Notes: generated from the sequence alone by a model not told the origin. Numbered from the whole stretch's first letter, positions 37,561 through 51,193 are shown. The stretch is DNA of 60,000 nt, filler included, from Hausera hauseri (GCA_046269625.1; 13 parts of 13 records of this genome joined end to end with filler, not necessarily neighbours in it); one strand, 5' to 3'. Translations and numbers: made by a program.

Positions 37561-40500
37561 TATTCATTTTATTTCGTGTGCAATTTACAATAAAATTATT
37601 GGCTATGAAAGGCGAAAAAATATTCGAAAAAGAAGTAATAAATCGGGTGTGTTTTCACCTTGTATCAAAATCACAAATTTAACAAAATCGTTCATTGCGT
37701 ATATTATAAATTCTCCATAAGTTTTACTTGGTCTTAACGTATATAGTAGTTACTTAGTTTTACTTGGCCTTATTCTATATCCCACATTACTTGATCAAGA
37801 AGACAACACGATATTTCTATACAACATTTATTAAACAAAGAATAAAAATATTTACAATGCCACGTCCGTTAGATAGTGTATGGATTCCATCGCTCAGGAT
37901 CTGCCTCTTGTCATATATCCAATCTAGGCTTTTCTTATGCAGAGTTACAGTATGGATGTGTTGAGAGACTTTAGAGACGTTGTTTGACAATTTGACATTG
38001 TTGACTTAAAAATAATATTGATATTTTTACAATTTGACATTTTGATGAACTTAGCAATAATTTTGAACCAATGTATTTATCTCGTCTTTTTCTTATCTTT
38101 ATATACATTGTAAACCCAATTGATGGGTATCACAACTTCACATTCTTACTGTTTTTGTACAGGATTGTTAGCCAACTGGAGAACGGTTAGTCGCGTTGAT
38201 GATTGATGAAAAATGGAAATGGTTTATGTAAATTACCGATGATTGATAAAAGTAGAAATAAGTAAAAATGGTTTACAACTGTAGCTAGAATTTGAAAATG
38301 AGTTGACAAAAGCAAAATAATTGTAGTTAGAATTGAAAATGAAAGCAAAGAATTTAGTTATTTGATAAGATAATTGCAGTGGTCTGACAAGATAATTAGC
38401 AATACAATCTATGATTTTGACAAGCTAATAAGAAATTTGATCTTGAAAAAGAACCGCAGAGCAATTACTACAAGTTCTTGATTAAAAAATTGAATTTTTT
38501 ACATGATGAGTAAACGCTGGAATGCACCGCATCACTATATAAGCTAAGCATATTCTACACAGACACACAGAAACTTTTAATCCAAAGCAAATATATTCAA
38601 CGGTTAATATTTCGAAGAAAGAAATTTAAGGTAAGTCTCTTATGATTTAGAGACTTCCCATTTAATCATTAATTAATAGATTTGTTTACTATTCATCTTC
38701 ATACTAAAGGTGAATTTCGTGATAGAAATCTTGATCAGATTCGCAGGAATAGAACGATATTTATTGAAAAATTCGAAATTACTAAAAATAAAACCTACGA
38801 CTAGAATGGCTACTAATTCAACTCAGATCCCAGAAGAATCTTTCGGTAAGCTCGCATAGCATATCTTTAATACATTTGTTTATTGGTATGATCGACAACA
38901 TCGGTAAATTATAATTAGTTAATCATCAACTAGAAATCCGTTCTACTTTATTATTTAGATGTACTTGTTTTTAAAAAATAAATTCTTTTGAATAATAAAT
39001 TCTTGGGTTATATTTCCCAACGAGAAACCTATATTCGGATTTTTAATCGTTAATGTTTAATAATCAGATATTCAGTATAATTGATATGACTCGCCTTCTA
39101 TGAACCACTGTAATGAATTGATTCTGACGATTCTGATGTCAAGAATGGGCAATGATCTGATCCAGATGGTTATCCTCGAGCTAATTAGACGATTCATAAA
39201 AGATGACTTCAATTGTGAATTAACTATAGGAGACTAATATTGTAATTATCCCTATACGAGGACAAATTGAACTCCGATTATCGGGAGACAATGAACCCCT
39301 TCGAGACGGACATGCCGAATAAGATAAGCTGACAACATGACGATGAACCGTGTTGAAGAGTAAAGTATTAGTTGATCGTTATTCTTTAGACTAGTGTATA
39401 ATATTTCATTGTACTGTCAAAGTCGTATTTCAGAAGAAGAGGTTGTCTACTAGATTAATTGTTTGAAATGACATTGCTCATGGGAATTTATTTAAATGAG
39501 ACGACGAGTTCTTCTTAATACCTATTCGACTTACAGAATCATTATTATATTATAGTTCAGGCTAGAATTTAATGGTAAATTCGGGAAAGGTCAGATATAT
39601 AATGATTATTATTAGAGATAACATAGGAATAGTACTTGAACAAATAATTTCAGTTGATATACAAACGCCTCAGTTTAGTTTCATCAGACCACATGACATC
39701 ATCAACGTGTGCCGTCTTAAAAAATTGAAGGAGACGCTTGTATTTTTTAAGTAGATTTGCTTTCGATGCGCCAATAAAGAACTGTCCTTTTCGCAGACGG
39801 TAACTACGTATTCACAGTTCGTTTTTGACAACCCTTCGCACTGATCTGTCTGAGATTTTTAACTCTTAGATTCGCTATTTGATAATTTTCCGCATCCGAC
39901 GAGTGTTCACGGTTCGAGGTCCTTCTGATTTTCTGACTTCCTTGACGTATCTTTTCTCCTTCAACTGCTTTGAAAGTCGTTGAACAGTCCTTATTCTGAT
40001 TTTGATATTTCACAATATTGCAGCCTTCGATTCTCCCACTTGTAAAAAGGTCACCATCGCTTATCGATGGGGCCAGGCTCGCATGCCTAAAATTTAACAA
40101 TATGTTAGATACCGTTCGAAAGAGGACGAAATACTGCATTAGATTAATGTTTCATATAAAACATCTGCTAATTTTACGAGCGGAGAAATTTGTGCAAAAA
40201 GGCGACAATACTTTTGCCGCACCCTATATATAAGTATTCAGCAACGATTAGGTTATATCATTGAGTGACGTTTCTAGACAGTTATGGTTTTATTTATTAT
40301 GTAATACGCTGTTTCCTTTTATACACTTGCTCATACTGATCTTTATGGAGGCATTTCGTTCAGTCAATAATTATAATGACTTTACGTAACGTTTCTTCTA
40401 TGCTATTTCTTTCTGGACGTTTCTATGCCTAAACTTTCTTTGTCGGAAGAGATGTTTACTTTATAAATTGCAGTAATGTATTTTTATTTAGGTTTATCTT

Positions 40501-40572
40501 ATTGTTGACATACTGTAGTATACTGTTAAAATTTTAGAAACTTTTGTATTGTTATTTTCCTATCATCTTTAA

Positions 40573-41253
40573 CACTAGAATTAACAAAACAGTCAATTGA
40601 TCGGGAAATTTATTATCGTTTATTATTCATTCCACAATGGGTAAAGTCTTGTAAAAATACTCAATCACTTAGCGATTATAGCGTAGGTACAAAGTGAGTT
40701 CTTTAATATCAACCAAGCATACTGACAAGTTACATCCAATAAAAAATCTTTGTTCTTTAATTATAATTTGCATACAGAATTAGAGCACGAACAGCAAACA
40801 AAAATTGAGCAGAGTTTACAGAGGTCTATTGTTTAGTTCGAATGACATATACGACAAGTTGTACGCTTGTTTTCAGAAAGCTCTGGTGCAACAAGAGTAT
40901 TTGATTTCAGAATTCGAGGAGGATTTCTTCCAGAACGGTAAGAGTGGCAAAGCTTCTCGGAGAGGGTGATAAGAAATTCACAACGTGTTCTTGTAAGTAT
41001 TTCTGCTTCCTTTGACACGATATATGCATGTAGGGCGCATATATCAAGAAGATTCTAAAATGCACATCAACACCACCCTTATCCGAATTATATGAAAGGA
41101 TAATTTCGAGTCGTTTTTTCAAATCATTCTCGTCGGTAACACCTTGCTTGTGAAATGCAGATAATAAATAGATAATTTTAGACGGTTTTGCTTTATATCC
41201 CATTAGGACTGCTTCATTTCCACTTAAAAAGATAGAACAATATAAGTTATATT
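40573..41253 (-). mobile_element. piggyBac transposon 3' end, internally deleted
   Basis: IYLLSAFH...IILSYNSDKGGVD and a C-terminal Cys-rich CRIC...CKLC...C tail. TTAA at 40569-40572 is followed by a CACTAG terminus. Confidence 0.85.
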
Positions 41254-41353
41254 NNNNNNNNNNNNNNNNNNNNNNNNNNNNNNNNNNNNNNNNNNNNTTA
41301 ATTAATTAANNNNNNNNNNNNNNNNNNNNNNNNNNNNNNNNNNNNNNNNNNNN

Positions 41354-41470
41354 TGAGTGAATGAGCTAATTGTTATACCAACTTTTATAATAAATTTCTA
41401 ATGCTTAATTCAGTCTTACAATCATCGAATCACGTTGATGTCGGAATGGTAGATACGCGATCTACTAACA
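41354..41470 (+). repeat. 3' end of an LTR related to Gypsy family B
   Basis: CTTACAATCATC...GTCGGAATGGTAGATACGCGATCTACTAACA aligns with the end of 23782-24013. Confidence 0.7.
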
Positions 41471-42229
41471 TTGATTATTATGGACCCGGATATAATCTTG
41501 AAACGAGATTTGTTTCTCAGGTGTAGCTATCTGAACACCTTTGACCCTTTTCTTGATTCTTCTATCCACGTTAAGTGTACATTTTCGGTCGAAATCCAAC
41601 ATGTGTGAAAGTCTGAAAGGTGACTAGTGAAATATTTTTTTCGGAATCATTGGCAACAGGTGACTGGTAAACGGGAGTCATATGTAACTAAATAATCCAT
41701 CACGAATTTAATTGGAAATATAGAAAATGCCATATCAGTTGACTTTTGAAAACTCAAACGTTAGTCATCTCACCATAATATATTTAAAAACATCGTCCAT
41801 TCAGAAAAAAAATTACGCAAGTATTTAAACAACAAAAAATTAACATTTTTGTTTGGTGAGCCAGTGTGGGTGTTAGTTATAGCTTTGATTGCGTAACTGA
41901 AATCGAAATATTTTTTGGTCGTTTTCTTTATATAAAGTAAATTCAATGTGTACCACGTGGCTCCGATAGAAATCTTTACAGTCAAAAAATTTTTTGATTC
42001 AAATCTGGTGGTAGAGAATGTTGAGTCGGGGTGCATTAAACGACCACAGGAACGATAAGAAATCTTGACTACTGTATAATCTGGCGAATAATGGGACATA
42101 CAAAGCCCATTGATCCATGCAGTTTACCCTACAATATACTGTATGCTGCGCAGATTACATACAGTTCTATTATGATCACAAACATCACTTGATTCACTTC
42201 GCATCAAATTCAAGGAAGGGCGTCTTTAA

Positions 42230-44760
42230 TGAGCAACATAATTTTTATGCATCTGCTTCGCAGTATTCTGCCTCGCATTATGCTGCTGGATCTAGTGCAG
42301 CACCTGCGAAGCATATTAGAAAATTAAAACGCGCATCATGCGCAGCAGCATCAGGCGCAGCCACATCAGACGTAGCGGTTCTATCAAAAAGCCAAAGACA
42401 GCGGCTAGTTGATGCGGCAGCATGAAAGAGAAAATGCCGCAGATATGTTATTGAGGCAACTGGTTAAACAACCCTCCAAGTCTTCCTCTTATACACAAAG
42501 GAAGAGACAGAGGGTATTCTTCAGGACAAAATGTCTGAGCTCAAATCCCTTAAGGTGAATATGAAACTGGAGGCTACATACATCAATGTTGATGGCGAAG
42601 AATCCAATAGGGCCTTCAAGACCAAAAATAGACCCATATTAGAAAACACCAATATAGCAGAATAGATGCAAGAGGCGCACGAGAAGCTGATCCATGAGGC
42701 TGAGGAGAGCCAGGATACGAAGAGCGGATGGACTGTGGCAACCATCAAGAGATTTCTTATCTATGTGCACAAGTACTCTCCAATGAGTGACAGTTCTTAT
42801 ATTCAGCTTCCGGAATGGATCGTAAGGAAAAAGGCATGCATCAATGTCCCTAAATATGACAACAAGCGTTTCATGTATGCCATTCTATCAAAACTCGTAC
42901 GGGATCAACATAATGCTGCACGAGTTTGGCTATATAAGAATGTGCAGCACAACTATGACTTTCAATGTATTAAGTTCCCACCATCCATAGATAAAGTCAA
43001 AAAATTCGGACGACTCAACAAAATATCAATCAAGATCATTGGATTGGATGAGGCAGACAAATTCTATCCCCTACAGATATGCGATGTTGAATTGGAAGAC
43101 CATAGGGATCTGCTCCTACTAGATGATGGAGAAAAGGAACATTATGTTTGAATTAAGAACTTTAAATATCTACTTAGATCCCAAATTACGAAACATTAGG
43201 GACAAATAGAAATATGTAAGCGATGCCTGTCTCATTTCAGTGGCGATGCAGCAGTGGACAAGCTTGCAGAGCACAAGATGTACTGAAACAACAATTACTG
43301 TGTAAGGCCAGAATTTCTCAAGTAGGACTATATTGAATTCAAGGAGTTCGAGAAGAAGCTAAAGGTCCCAATAGTTATCTATTGCGACTTTGAAGCGATC
43401 CTGCGTCCAGTTCACAGCTGTACTTCCAGTCTTCAACATATCAGCACAAAGGTGTACCAATGTCATGAACTCTCATCGTATTGCATGTATGCCAAAGGAT
43501 TGGACAGTGAACCATTTCTATTTAGAGGTCCAGGTGCAGCAGCACATTTCATGAAGAGACTTGAAGACATGGCTCATAAACTTGAAAACATGCTTCAGCA
43601 GCATAAGGATACAATAAGCATGTCGAGGAAACAAGAAGATGAATGGCGTAAGGCAACAAGTTACTTGTGCGACAAGTTCTTCACCAAGGAATATTATAAA
43701 GTCAAGGATCATTGTCATTTTACAGGTGCATATAGAGGAGCAGCATGCAATAACTGCAATCTGCGTTGCAAAACATGTCATATGTGCCTGTAGTGTTCTA
43801 CAATCTCATTGGCTATGATTTCCATTTCATAGGCCGAGAATTAGGCAACATTGAAGGAAACATTGAGGTGATCCCTAATAGTGAGGAGAAGTACGTCACT
43901 TTTACCAAGCATGTTGGGAAAATCCGACTTCGCTTCATAGACAACTTTCGTTTCATATCGTCTTCACTGGATAGTTTAATGAAGAACCTCCCTGCAGAAG
44001 AACTCAAGGAGACAAAGCGATTCTTCATTACTACCTTTGACCTGGTTAAAAAAAAAGGAGTGTTTCCCTATGACTATATAACCTCATGGAAAACACTGTA
44101 TGAGGCCTCATTGCCGGACAAGAAGAACTTTTACAATATCCTCTCTGATTGCAATATCAGAGATGCTGAATACCAGCATGCTCTGAACGTCTGGAATGTA
44201 TTCCAATGCCGAACATTAGGAAAATATAGTAATATATATCTTCAAATTGATGTACTGCTGCTGACAGATGTCTTTGAGAGTTTCAGGGATGTCAAAATGA
44301 AGAGCCATGCGTTGAATCCCGCTCATTTCTTTGCGGTTCCAGGGATGAGTTGGGCAGCAATGCTGCGCTATACTGGTATTAGAATGCAAATCATTAACGT
44401 ATTACGATATGATCCCTATGATCGAGAGAGGCATTAGAGTCAGAATATGCCAGGCCATTCACTGATATAGTGAGGCCAACAACGAGTATATGGCCCAGTA
44501 TGATCCATCCCAGGCACCGTCATATACATCATATCTGGATGCCAACAACTTGTATGGTTGGGCAATGAGCACCCATTGCCATATGATAACTTCAAATGGG
44601 TCGAGAATCCTGAAAACATCCCCATATTGGACCTAGACCTCACTGAAGATACGGGATACATATTGGAGGCAGATATGGAATATCCGGCTTCTATCCACTC
44701 AAGGCATCAACAGCTACCTTTCCTCCCTGAGAGCAGGCCTCCGCCCCAATTTCTGCATTG
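42230..44760 (+). pseudogene. Second, unrelated Polinton protein-primed PolB, disrupted and truncated before motif B
   Basis: KSGW, SYIQLP...KKACINV...DNK.F.YAIL, HYV*IKN, VIYCDFEAIL, KDHCHFTGAYRGAACNNCNL, KKGVFPYDY, DVLLLTDVFE and YLDANNLYG. Confidence 0.93.
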
Positions 44761-45504
44761 ACAATTCTTCCCCAAAAATAAATTGTTGTGTCCAAATAAA
44801 TTCTTAATTCCAGTGTTCCAAGGAGTATGGAATAGTGAACTAATAGGCTCAAAGAACAGTATATAGCATAGTATATGGTGTTGTGTTCAGAACCTTAGTA
44901 ATTACTATTGGAAACAATGGTGTATCAACATTTTTGTTCTCCAAAAATCTCACTCCAAATGCAATTACATAATTGGATCAATGTCAGATGGCCACAATTC
45001 AATACTGCAAACAAAAATGCCTCTTGTTTTTGCAATACCAAAAGATTCCATTAACAAAAAATCCCTTATGCAAACTGAAAAATTTGAAGCATAAATTTTT
45101 TGAACAAAGTTCTGCCATCAATCGCTTCAAAACTATCTGAAAAATACCAAAGTACTGCCGCAACAACTAGGATTATATTTCCATTAATTTGTTTGACCAA
45201 ATTGACCGTATTCTTTTTACTCTTAACTCAATAATCCTGCAATCTTTAATTCTTCTGGTTTTAGTTTTACATTTTGATTACTTTTATATAATTAATCTTT
45301 GATATTTTACATTGTTCTAATTTTGTTCATTAGTCTTTTTCAATTTCTATGTATTAGTTTCAAAAATTTAAATTTAAACAAATGGATAATGATAATGGTC
45401 GTAGTGAAAGATAAAATTGTGTATGTTTCACTGATTAATAAAAAATCGATTTTTTGTTTCTGTTATTCAATGGAATTAGAATTTATAGGTAACATGTGCT
45501 AAAA

Positions 45505-45680
45505 TATTGGTAATTTATATGTAATTTAGGTTATATATACAGTTAATATATGTAATATGTAGGTAAAATATAAGTAATTTATGTAAGTAATATAAGTAAT
45601 ATATAGCTAACATGAAGTGAAATGTAGGTAATATATGTTATATGTAGGCAATATATGTAAAATATTAGGTAAAATATTAG
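45505..45680. repeat. Degenerate AT-rich minisatellite (units of about 10-11 bp, TAATATATGT/TAGG-like)
   Basis: Visible periodic AATATATGTA / AATATAAGTA / ATGTAGGTAA units. Confidence 0.7.
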
Positions 45681-46434
45681 CCAGAAAGATCACATTCAAA
45701 CGACTATGTACCAGTTCTGAGGGGATCAAAACACAGATGCTATCAGAAATGAGAAGGATTCCATCTCAGATTTATCGATTTCCGATTCACTGAGCTTAAA
45801 ATGCACATTTTGCTTAAATGNNNNNNNNNNNNNNNNNNNNNNNNNNNNNNNNNNNNNNNNNNNNTTAATTAATTAANNNNNNNNNNNNNNNNNNNNNNNN
45901 NNNNNNNNNNNNNNNNNNNNTGACGAACAAAAATCAGAAATTAATCAAATAAGGATTGAGAATATCGAGGGTGATTTAATAGTCGAATTAGAAAATGTAC
46001 ATTTAGAAAAGAATATTACGAAAAACTCAGACAACTCCTCTGTGGAAAACTTATAGTCGGAATAGATTTACCATGGTTCTTTAAGCAAATACAATTACAG
46101 GAAACAGATATCTTTGGTACGTTTAGTATAAATCAGAATTTTAATTTACCAGATGATTATTGGACAGGGGAAGGTACATTATCCCAACAATTAAATAATT
46201 TACGACACGAATACAGGATTAAGCGCAGTTGCCAAGGATCCCCATATTTTATTTTTCCAAGCAGACCTTTGTTTAAGGACGATAGACACCCAAACGAGAA
46301 ATAACATGTAATACCACTCTAATACCGGAAGCTGCATTACAACATATGGATATAGATATTGTCCAAAATTGGAATAAATTGTTCGTAGATAAGAAATCTA
46401 ACCTAATAGAGTTGCCGAACAAGGATCAATCTGT

Positions 46435-47148
46435 ATGGAAGGTACTGATAAAGTCTATCTTAAAAATACTGTTATTCCGATTAAAAGAAATGACCCACCA
46501 TGTGCTATAATAACTAATCAAGGAGAAGCCAGATTACAAATCAACAATAAGACGGTAATAGTTTCCAAAGAAACTAAAATAATTTCAAACTATCCTTACG
46601 AAGGAGAATGTCAAATACAACCTTTAGATAATTGTCCGATATACTTAGTACAACTGCTCAAGGAAACACCTGCATTAATCATGGATGAACCCGTAACACA
46701 GGACAGAGAAATATTTCTTACAGGTAGATGTATAACCAAAGAAGACCAAAAAGGACTTACACAAGTTACCGCAAAAAATTTGGAAGGAAAAACAATTCTT
46801 AATATTCACGTGTATCCAAACATACCAGATACTACGAAGTATAATGAATATAGTAGACGGTTTAATCCTCGACGACACGATTCGGTAAGTGATTTTATGA
46901 ATAAATACTTACTAGGAAAAGTAATTATTGGACGACAGTTACCAGAGTTATTAAATACACTAAAAATAAACCCAGAAAATCTAACCGCCATTTGCGATTT
47001 GGAACAGACAAATAGAAATTACAAATGCTTGGACTTATATCATGGTCATAACTCGAAGATTATGGCACAAAGATGTTTGGATGAATACCTAAAGACTGTG
47101 CAAGTGAAATACAATGTACCATGGATAATAGAAAGTCGAAAGACATGA
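46435..47148 (+). CDS. Polyprotein segment containing an ISG20/REX4-like DEDDh exonuclease homolog lacking catalytic residues
   Basis: REIFLTGRC...GLTQVTAKNLEGKTILNIHVYP, LLGKVIIGRQLPELLNTL and GHNSKIMAQRCLDEY parallel ISG20 REVVAMDCE...GLARCSLVNVHGAVLYDKFIRP, LLKGKLVVGHDLKHDFQAL and GHSSVEDARATMELY. Confidence 0.6.
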   Translation: MEGTDKVYLKNTVIPIKRNDPPCAIITNQGEARLQINNKTVIVSKETKIISNYPYEGECQIQPLDNCPIYLVQLLKETPALIMDEPVTQDREIFLTGRCITKEDQKGLTQVTAKNLEGKTILNIHVYPNIPDTTKYNEYSRRFNPRRHDSVSDFMNKYLLGKVIIGRQLPELLNTLKINPENLTAICDLEQTNRNYKCLDLYHGHNSKIMAQRCLDEYLKTVQVKYNVPWIIESRKT

Positions 47149-48293
47149 CGAATAGCTTTTCCAGCAACAGGAGAATTGGAGAAAACTAAAGAAGCAAGAG
47201 CAATTCCAGGAATTGAACCAATAGCTCAGAGACATCCAGACATGGATTCCGACAAATATTTACAGGAACCCGTCAGAATAAGATCAACAGGACAATGAAT
47301 AGAATCTCATGATAATCGATTAGCCACACCATTTACCCAACCAAAGGTTCCAACTCAACGACCAACATTATTTGGAAATATTCGGGATTCAATGCAACCG
47401 AGCACATCCAAGAAGGAAACTCAAGTAATAGATGTTGATGAAATATTTGAAATCCTAGATGATGATCTCATATCTATATCGGATACGTTCCGCTATCCGG
47501 GAACTAAATTATCACCCATCGACAACCCAAGGATTAACCCGGAAGTGATTATTCCGCCAGTATCTATAATATACGGTGAATCTTCAAAATTAATGATTGA
47601 AACAATCAAAGCAAAATTATAAATGGCCGATTCAGCACCTAATGAAGTATGGAATGCTTTACGACAATATTAGTTACTACCGTTAATTAATCGAATAGAA
47701 TGCGCGTCATTACTCGTGCCATTAACAAGGGAGGAAGAATTTTGTGTTGCAGTTGCACGAAAGTTATTAAAAACTCTAGGAAGAGATCTAAGACGAAAAC
47801 ATAGAAGAAAACAACCATATATATTAAACATAGAAATTAAAACTAATAAGAGGGAACAAGTAATGTAAGTAACAGCAGGAATGTTCACCAAATTTACAGA
47901 TCTTCGAAGAAAGGTATTGGATGAAATAAATTTAGAAACTAACATAATAGCGAAAACAGGCGTCTATGGCAGACTAGCCGCCGACAATGATTATGTTGTA
48001 TATTATGGACTACTTACCGGAAGAAATTATCAGATTACTATGGAATTTAATACCAGGAAAAAAGGAAAAAAACCACAAAAATGTGATTTCAACCCAATAA
48101 GTGAAGATGAAGAAAATCCTGAAGAAGAAAAACCAGAAAAGCAAAGAAAGAAAAGACCGTATCGCGAAAACGTAAAGAACAACGGGAAACAATAGAAGAT
48201 ATATTATACGACAACTACTAGAGATTCATTATAAGTGACGATGAGGACAAGCAAATACAAGATCCTGTTCCAGGAACATCAGCCCAACCCGAA

Positions 48294-48700
48294 ATGAATG
48301 TGCCAAAAGTAACGTTAACAACTCACGAACTTTTGGAACAACTAATCAAGAAAGTTAACCCGAAACAACTTAAGAAGATACCTACAAATACAACAATTCC
48401 ATTACAATCAGTAATAAAAACGGCTAGAAATTTTTCATCACAGAATAAAAGATTATTACGAAAATACGAATTGAAAGGTGGATTGAATAAAGCATTAACA
48501 CGATTGTTAAAAGATTGTGACCAAAATTGATTATTAATGGCATTAGGATGTATAGTAGTTAGTTTTAAAAACCAAACTGAGGTTGACACCAAGTTACACC
48601 ATATGGTAAATGATTTAGCTTACCACATGGATAGATTAACTAAAGATTGGGTAATAAAATACGGTGGTTGGAACGAAATACTCCAGAAATTTGACTCCAC
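48294..48700 (+). pseudogene. Bcl-2-like domain within the polyprotein (one in-frame TGA)
   Basis: BH2-like RLTKDWVIKYGGWNEILQKF. The upstream in-frame RLLKDCDQN*LLMALG is BH1-like if TGA 48528-48530 was TGG. Confidence 0.62.
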
Positions 48701-48749
48701 TACATTAATATATCCCAAGGATACAAATATCTCAGAATGGGTAGTACAA

Positions 48750-50463
48750 ATTATCCATTTGTTACCATACTTTATAGCCGTAAGTAGTTTAAAAACCGTG
48801 AAAGCATTAGAAGCCTATGACTGCTCCAGACCAGAAGTAACAGCCATATTTTCACTAGTAGATACAGGTACGTGTCAAAATGCAAATCCGATATCAGTCA
48901 AGAAGGAAGGTCCTTACAATTATAACTTATATCAAAGAAGTAGTTTTCAACAAGTGCAAGTAAAGGAATGCCAGGTTAATAAAGTAATATTTGCCTATAA
49001 CTGTGGTCATAATTCATGGAATTCAATAACTATCCCACCAGGATTACCCAGACCGGTAACGATTACTGATGAAGATTGTAAAAAAGCCACAGATTCAATT
49101 CATATAGAATTAAAACAACCGGTACAAGCAGGTGTACGAAAACGAGCTCATGCACGAATAGTTACAGCCGGAAAAATATGGCCCGGATATGGAGGAGGTT
49201 GTGATGGGGAAAAATGATGATAAATGGACAAAAAGAATCTTCTGTAGTGCAAATAGAAGATTTCACGGTCACCTTAAAGGAATATAAAGTAAATTTTGAT
49301 GCAATAACAGGAAAAATGTTAACAGCGCCATCTTGTAAATATTCTAATGGAGTATATACCTTGGGAGAATTTATATTAGTTTAGGAAAAAACAGCTATGA
49401 TATGTCCACTAGCTTTTCTTAAACAAGTATATATGTATGAAATACATGGTGATTTGTATTACGATGATGAATATCAAGAACCCGTACATAACAATAACAA
49501 GTCTACCCGATCCGCGATCCTTACAGCAGACAACTTCTTTAAAATTTTTAATGTCATCTAATGACAGAGATGGAATAGTATTGGCGCGAAAAGGAGCAGT
49601 ATCAACTTGTGGATCAAACGCCGTCTATTCTACGTCATATGATGACCTTTTTGTAACAAAAGAAACTTTAAAGAATACAGGAAAGTTACCAACCTAAGAC
49701 GTAAAGTTGTATTTATACACGAATAACAAGATAGATTATATTTATTATACCGCGAAAATGGATTTGGTTGAGATGTATAACATGATGGTGATAAGAGATT
49801 GTAAAATCACTCAAAAATTAAATCAACATGATTTAATACTGGCAAGAAAATTTCTTGAACATATTGCTATAATCATGGGATATAGTCACGGAACATTTGG
49901 TAGAGTACAAGGCGAAATACTCCATGTATACCCATGTCCACCGATAAAAGTAACGCCTGTAACATCTTCAAGAGCAAATTGCACGATTGAACTTATGATT
50001 CAGTATAATGATAAAAATACGATTAAATTTGGATATTTGGACCCCATTTCTAGGAAGTTGTTGTTACCAACCGAAATTACCTTTGCACCTTGTTATAAAT
50101 ACTTCTATCCAGCTTTCAAACTCAGTGAGGAAAAATGGACTAAAAAAACACGTCCTTCAACTATGATGAATATGACACAGATAATTGGATTATTACCACT
50201 AGACAAGGGTATGAAATTCAAAGTAAATATAGAACTTCGCACTAGCGGATTATATTGATTAACTGATTTAGAAGCAGTAAGGAAACAAGTACTATTTCAA
50301 AATATCCGAGAAAAGGTAATAACAGAATTTGTATACATTGTTACAAAAGGATTAGGTGGAACACCCAATTATGGAATGTTAATTCCAGTTGATCATTTGA
50401 AGAAAACAGCTAAGAAAATTCTTTATGACTTTTGGAATAAATTTCTTATTTTTGGTCAAGTTA
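48750..50463 (+). pseudogene. Chuvirus/Mononegavirales-like fusion glycoprotein (env-like), disrupted, truncated by the gap
   Basis: Signal-like IIHLLPYFIAVSSLKTVKA then LEAYDC...FSLVDTGTC...EC...YNCG. Later GTFGRVQGEILHVYPC..I.V...CTIEL...YLDPISRKL...PC, SGLY..TDLE and FWNKFLIFG. Confidence 0.82.
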
Positions 50464-50578
50464 NNNNNNNNNNNNNNNNNNNNNNNNNNNNNNNNNNNNN
50501 NNNNNNNTTAATTAATTAANNNNNNNNNNNNNNNNNNNNNNNNNNNNNNNNNNNNNNNNNNNNTCATTTTTATCCAAA

Positions 50579-51145
50579 ATGTCAGTCTTATTTGAACGAT
50601 CTTATCCAAACGAACCGCTACCGAACGTGCAATATCCTGAAGTTTATCGAGAACGAATCGTTCATAAAATTCGTGAATACAACATTCTGTTGATACTTAA
50701 TGAAGTTTGGACGGAACAATTTATGTGCTTTTTCTCATTCTCACTTAAGTACATTCTTACCAGTCGTTGTTCGATTTTATTCGGATTGGATAAAGCACAT
50801 TTTGTTGAAATACCTACAAGACTTAAAGATAATGACGATAAAAACCTGTTCCGTTATCAAGATATCAAGGCTGAAACTCCCTCACAAATTCTCGATCCCA
50901 TTTTTGACAAAGTAAGCAAGGAATATTGCAAAATACTCCTGATTTTTGAAGAAGCCCGGAAAATATCGTTGGATATGTCGTTTATTTATTTGAATATTTC
51001 GGAAAACGAAGCGGTAAAGTTGGTTAGAACGTTAATGGGAAATAATTTGATGGTGAAAAGTTACGACAAGGTGTATGAATGTAACATGTCCCGCGTGAAT
51101 GGTCTGTTTCGGGATTATTTGTCAAAGCAGTACTTAGAAATGTAA
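50579..51145 (+). CDS. Unidentified 188-aa ORF immediately upstream of the vigilin fragment
   Basis: Open frame with protein-like composition. No family recognised; may extend 5' into the gap. Confidence 0.35.
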   Translation: MSVLFERSYPNEPLPNVQYPEVYRERIVHKIREYNILLILNEVWTEQFMCFFSFSLKYILTSRCSILFGLDKAHFVEIPTRLKDNDDKNLFRYQDIKAETPSQILDPIFDKVSKEYCKILLIFEEARKISLDMSFIYLNISENEAVKLVRTLMGNNLMVKSYDKVYECNMSRVNGLFRDYLSKQYLEM

Positions 51146-51193
51146 AAGTCGTTTACTCTCTTTTATCTAACGTTATTTCACTAAGTATCAGTT

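Noticed and set aside
33620-40560. Possible small host exons (GTAAGT donors near 33732, 34831 and 38631) and short ORFs at 39572-40233
   Set aside because: No recognisable protein motifs; cannot be supported from sequence alone.
24450-49217. Alternative genetic code (TGA=Trp), suggested by stops at conserved Trp positions (GSG*, HYV*IK, QN*LL)
   Set aside because: TAA/TAG stops and frameshifts are also frequent and TGG is used normally. TGG-to-stop transitions are expected in pseudogenes.
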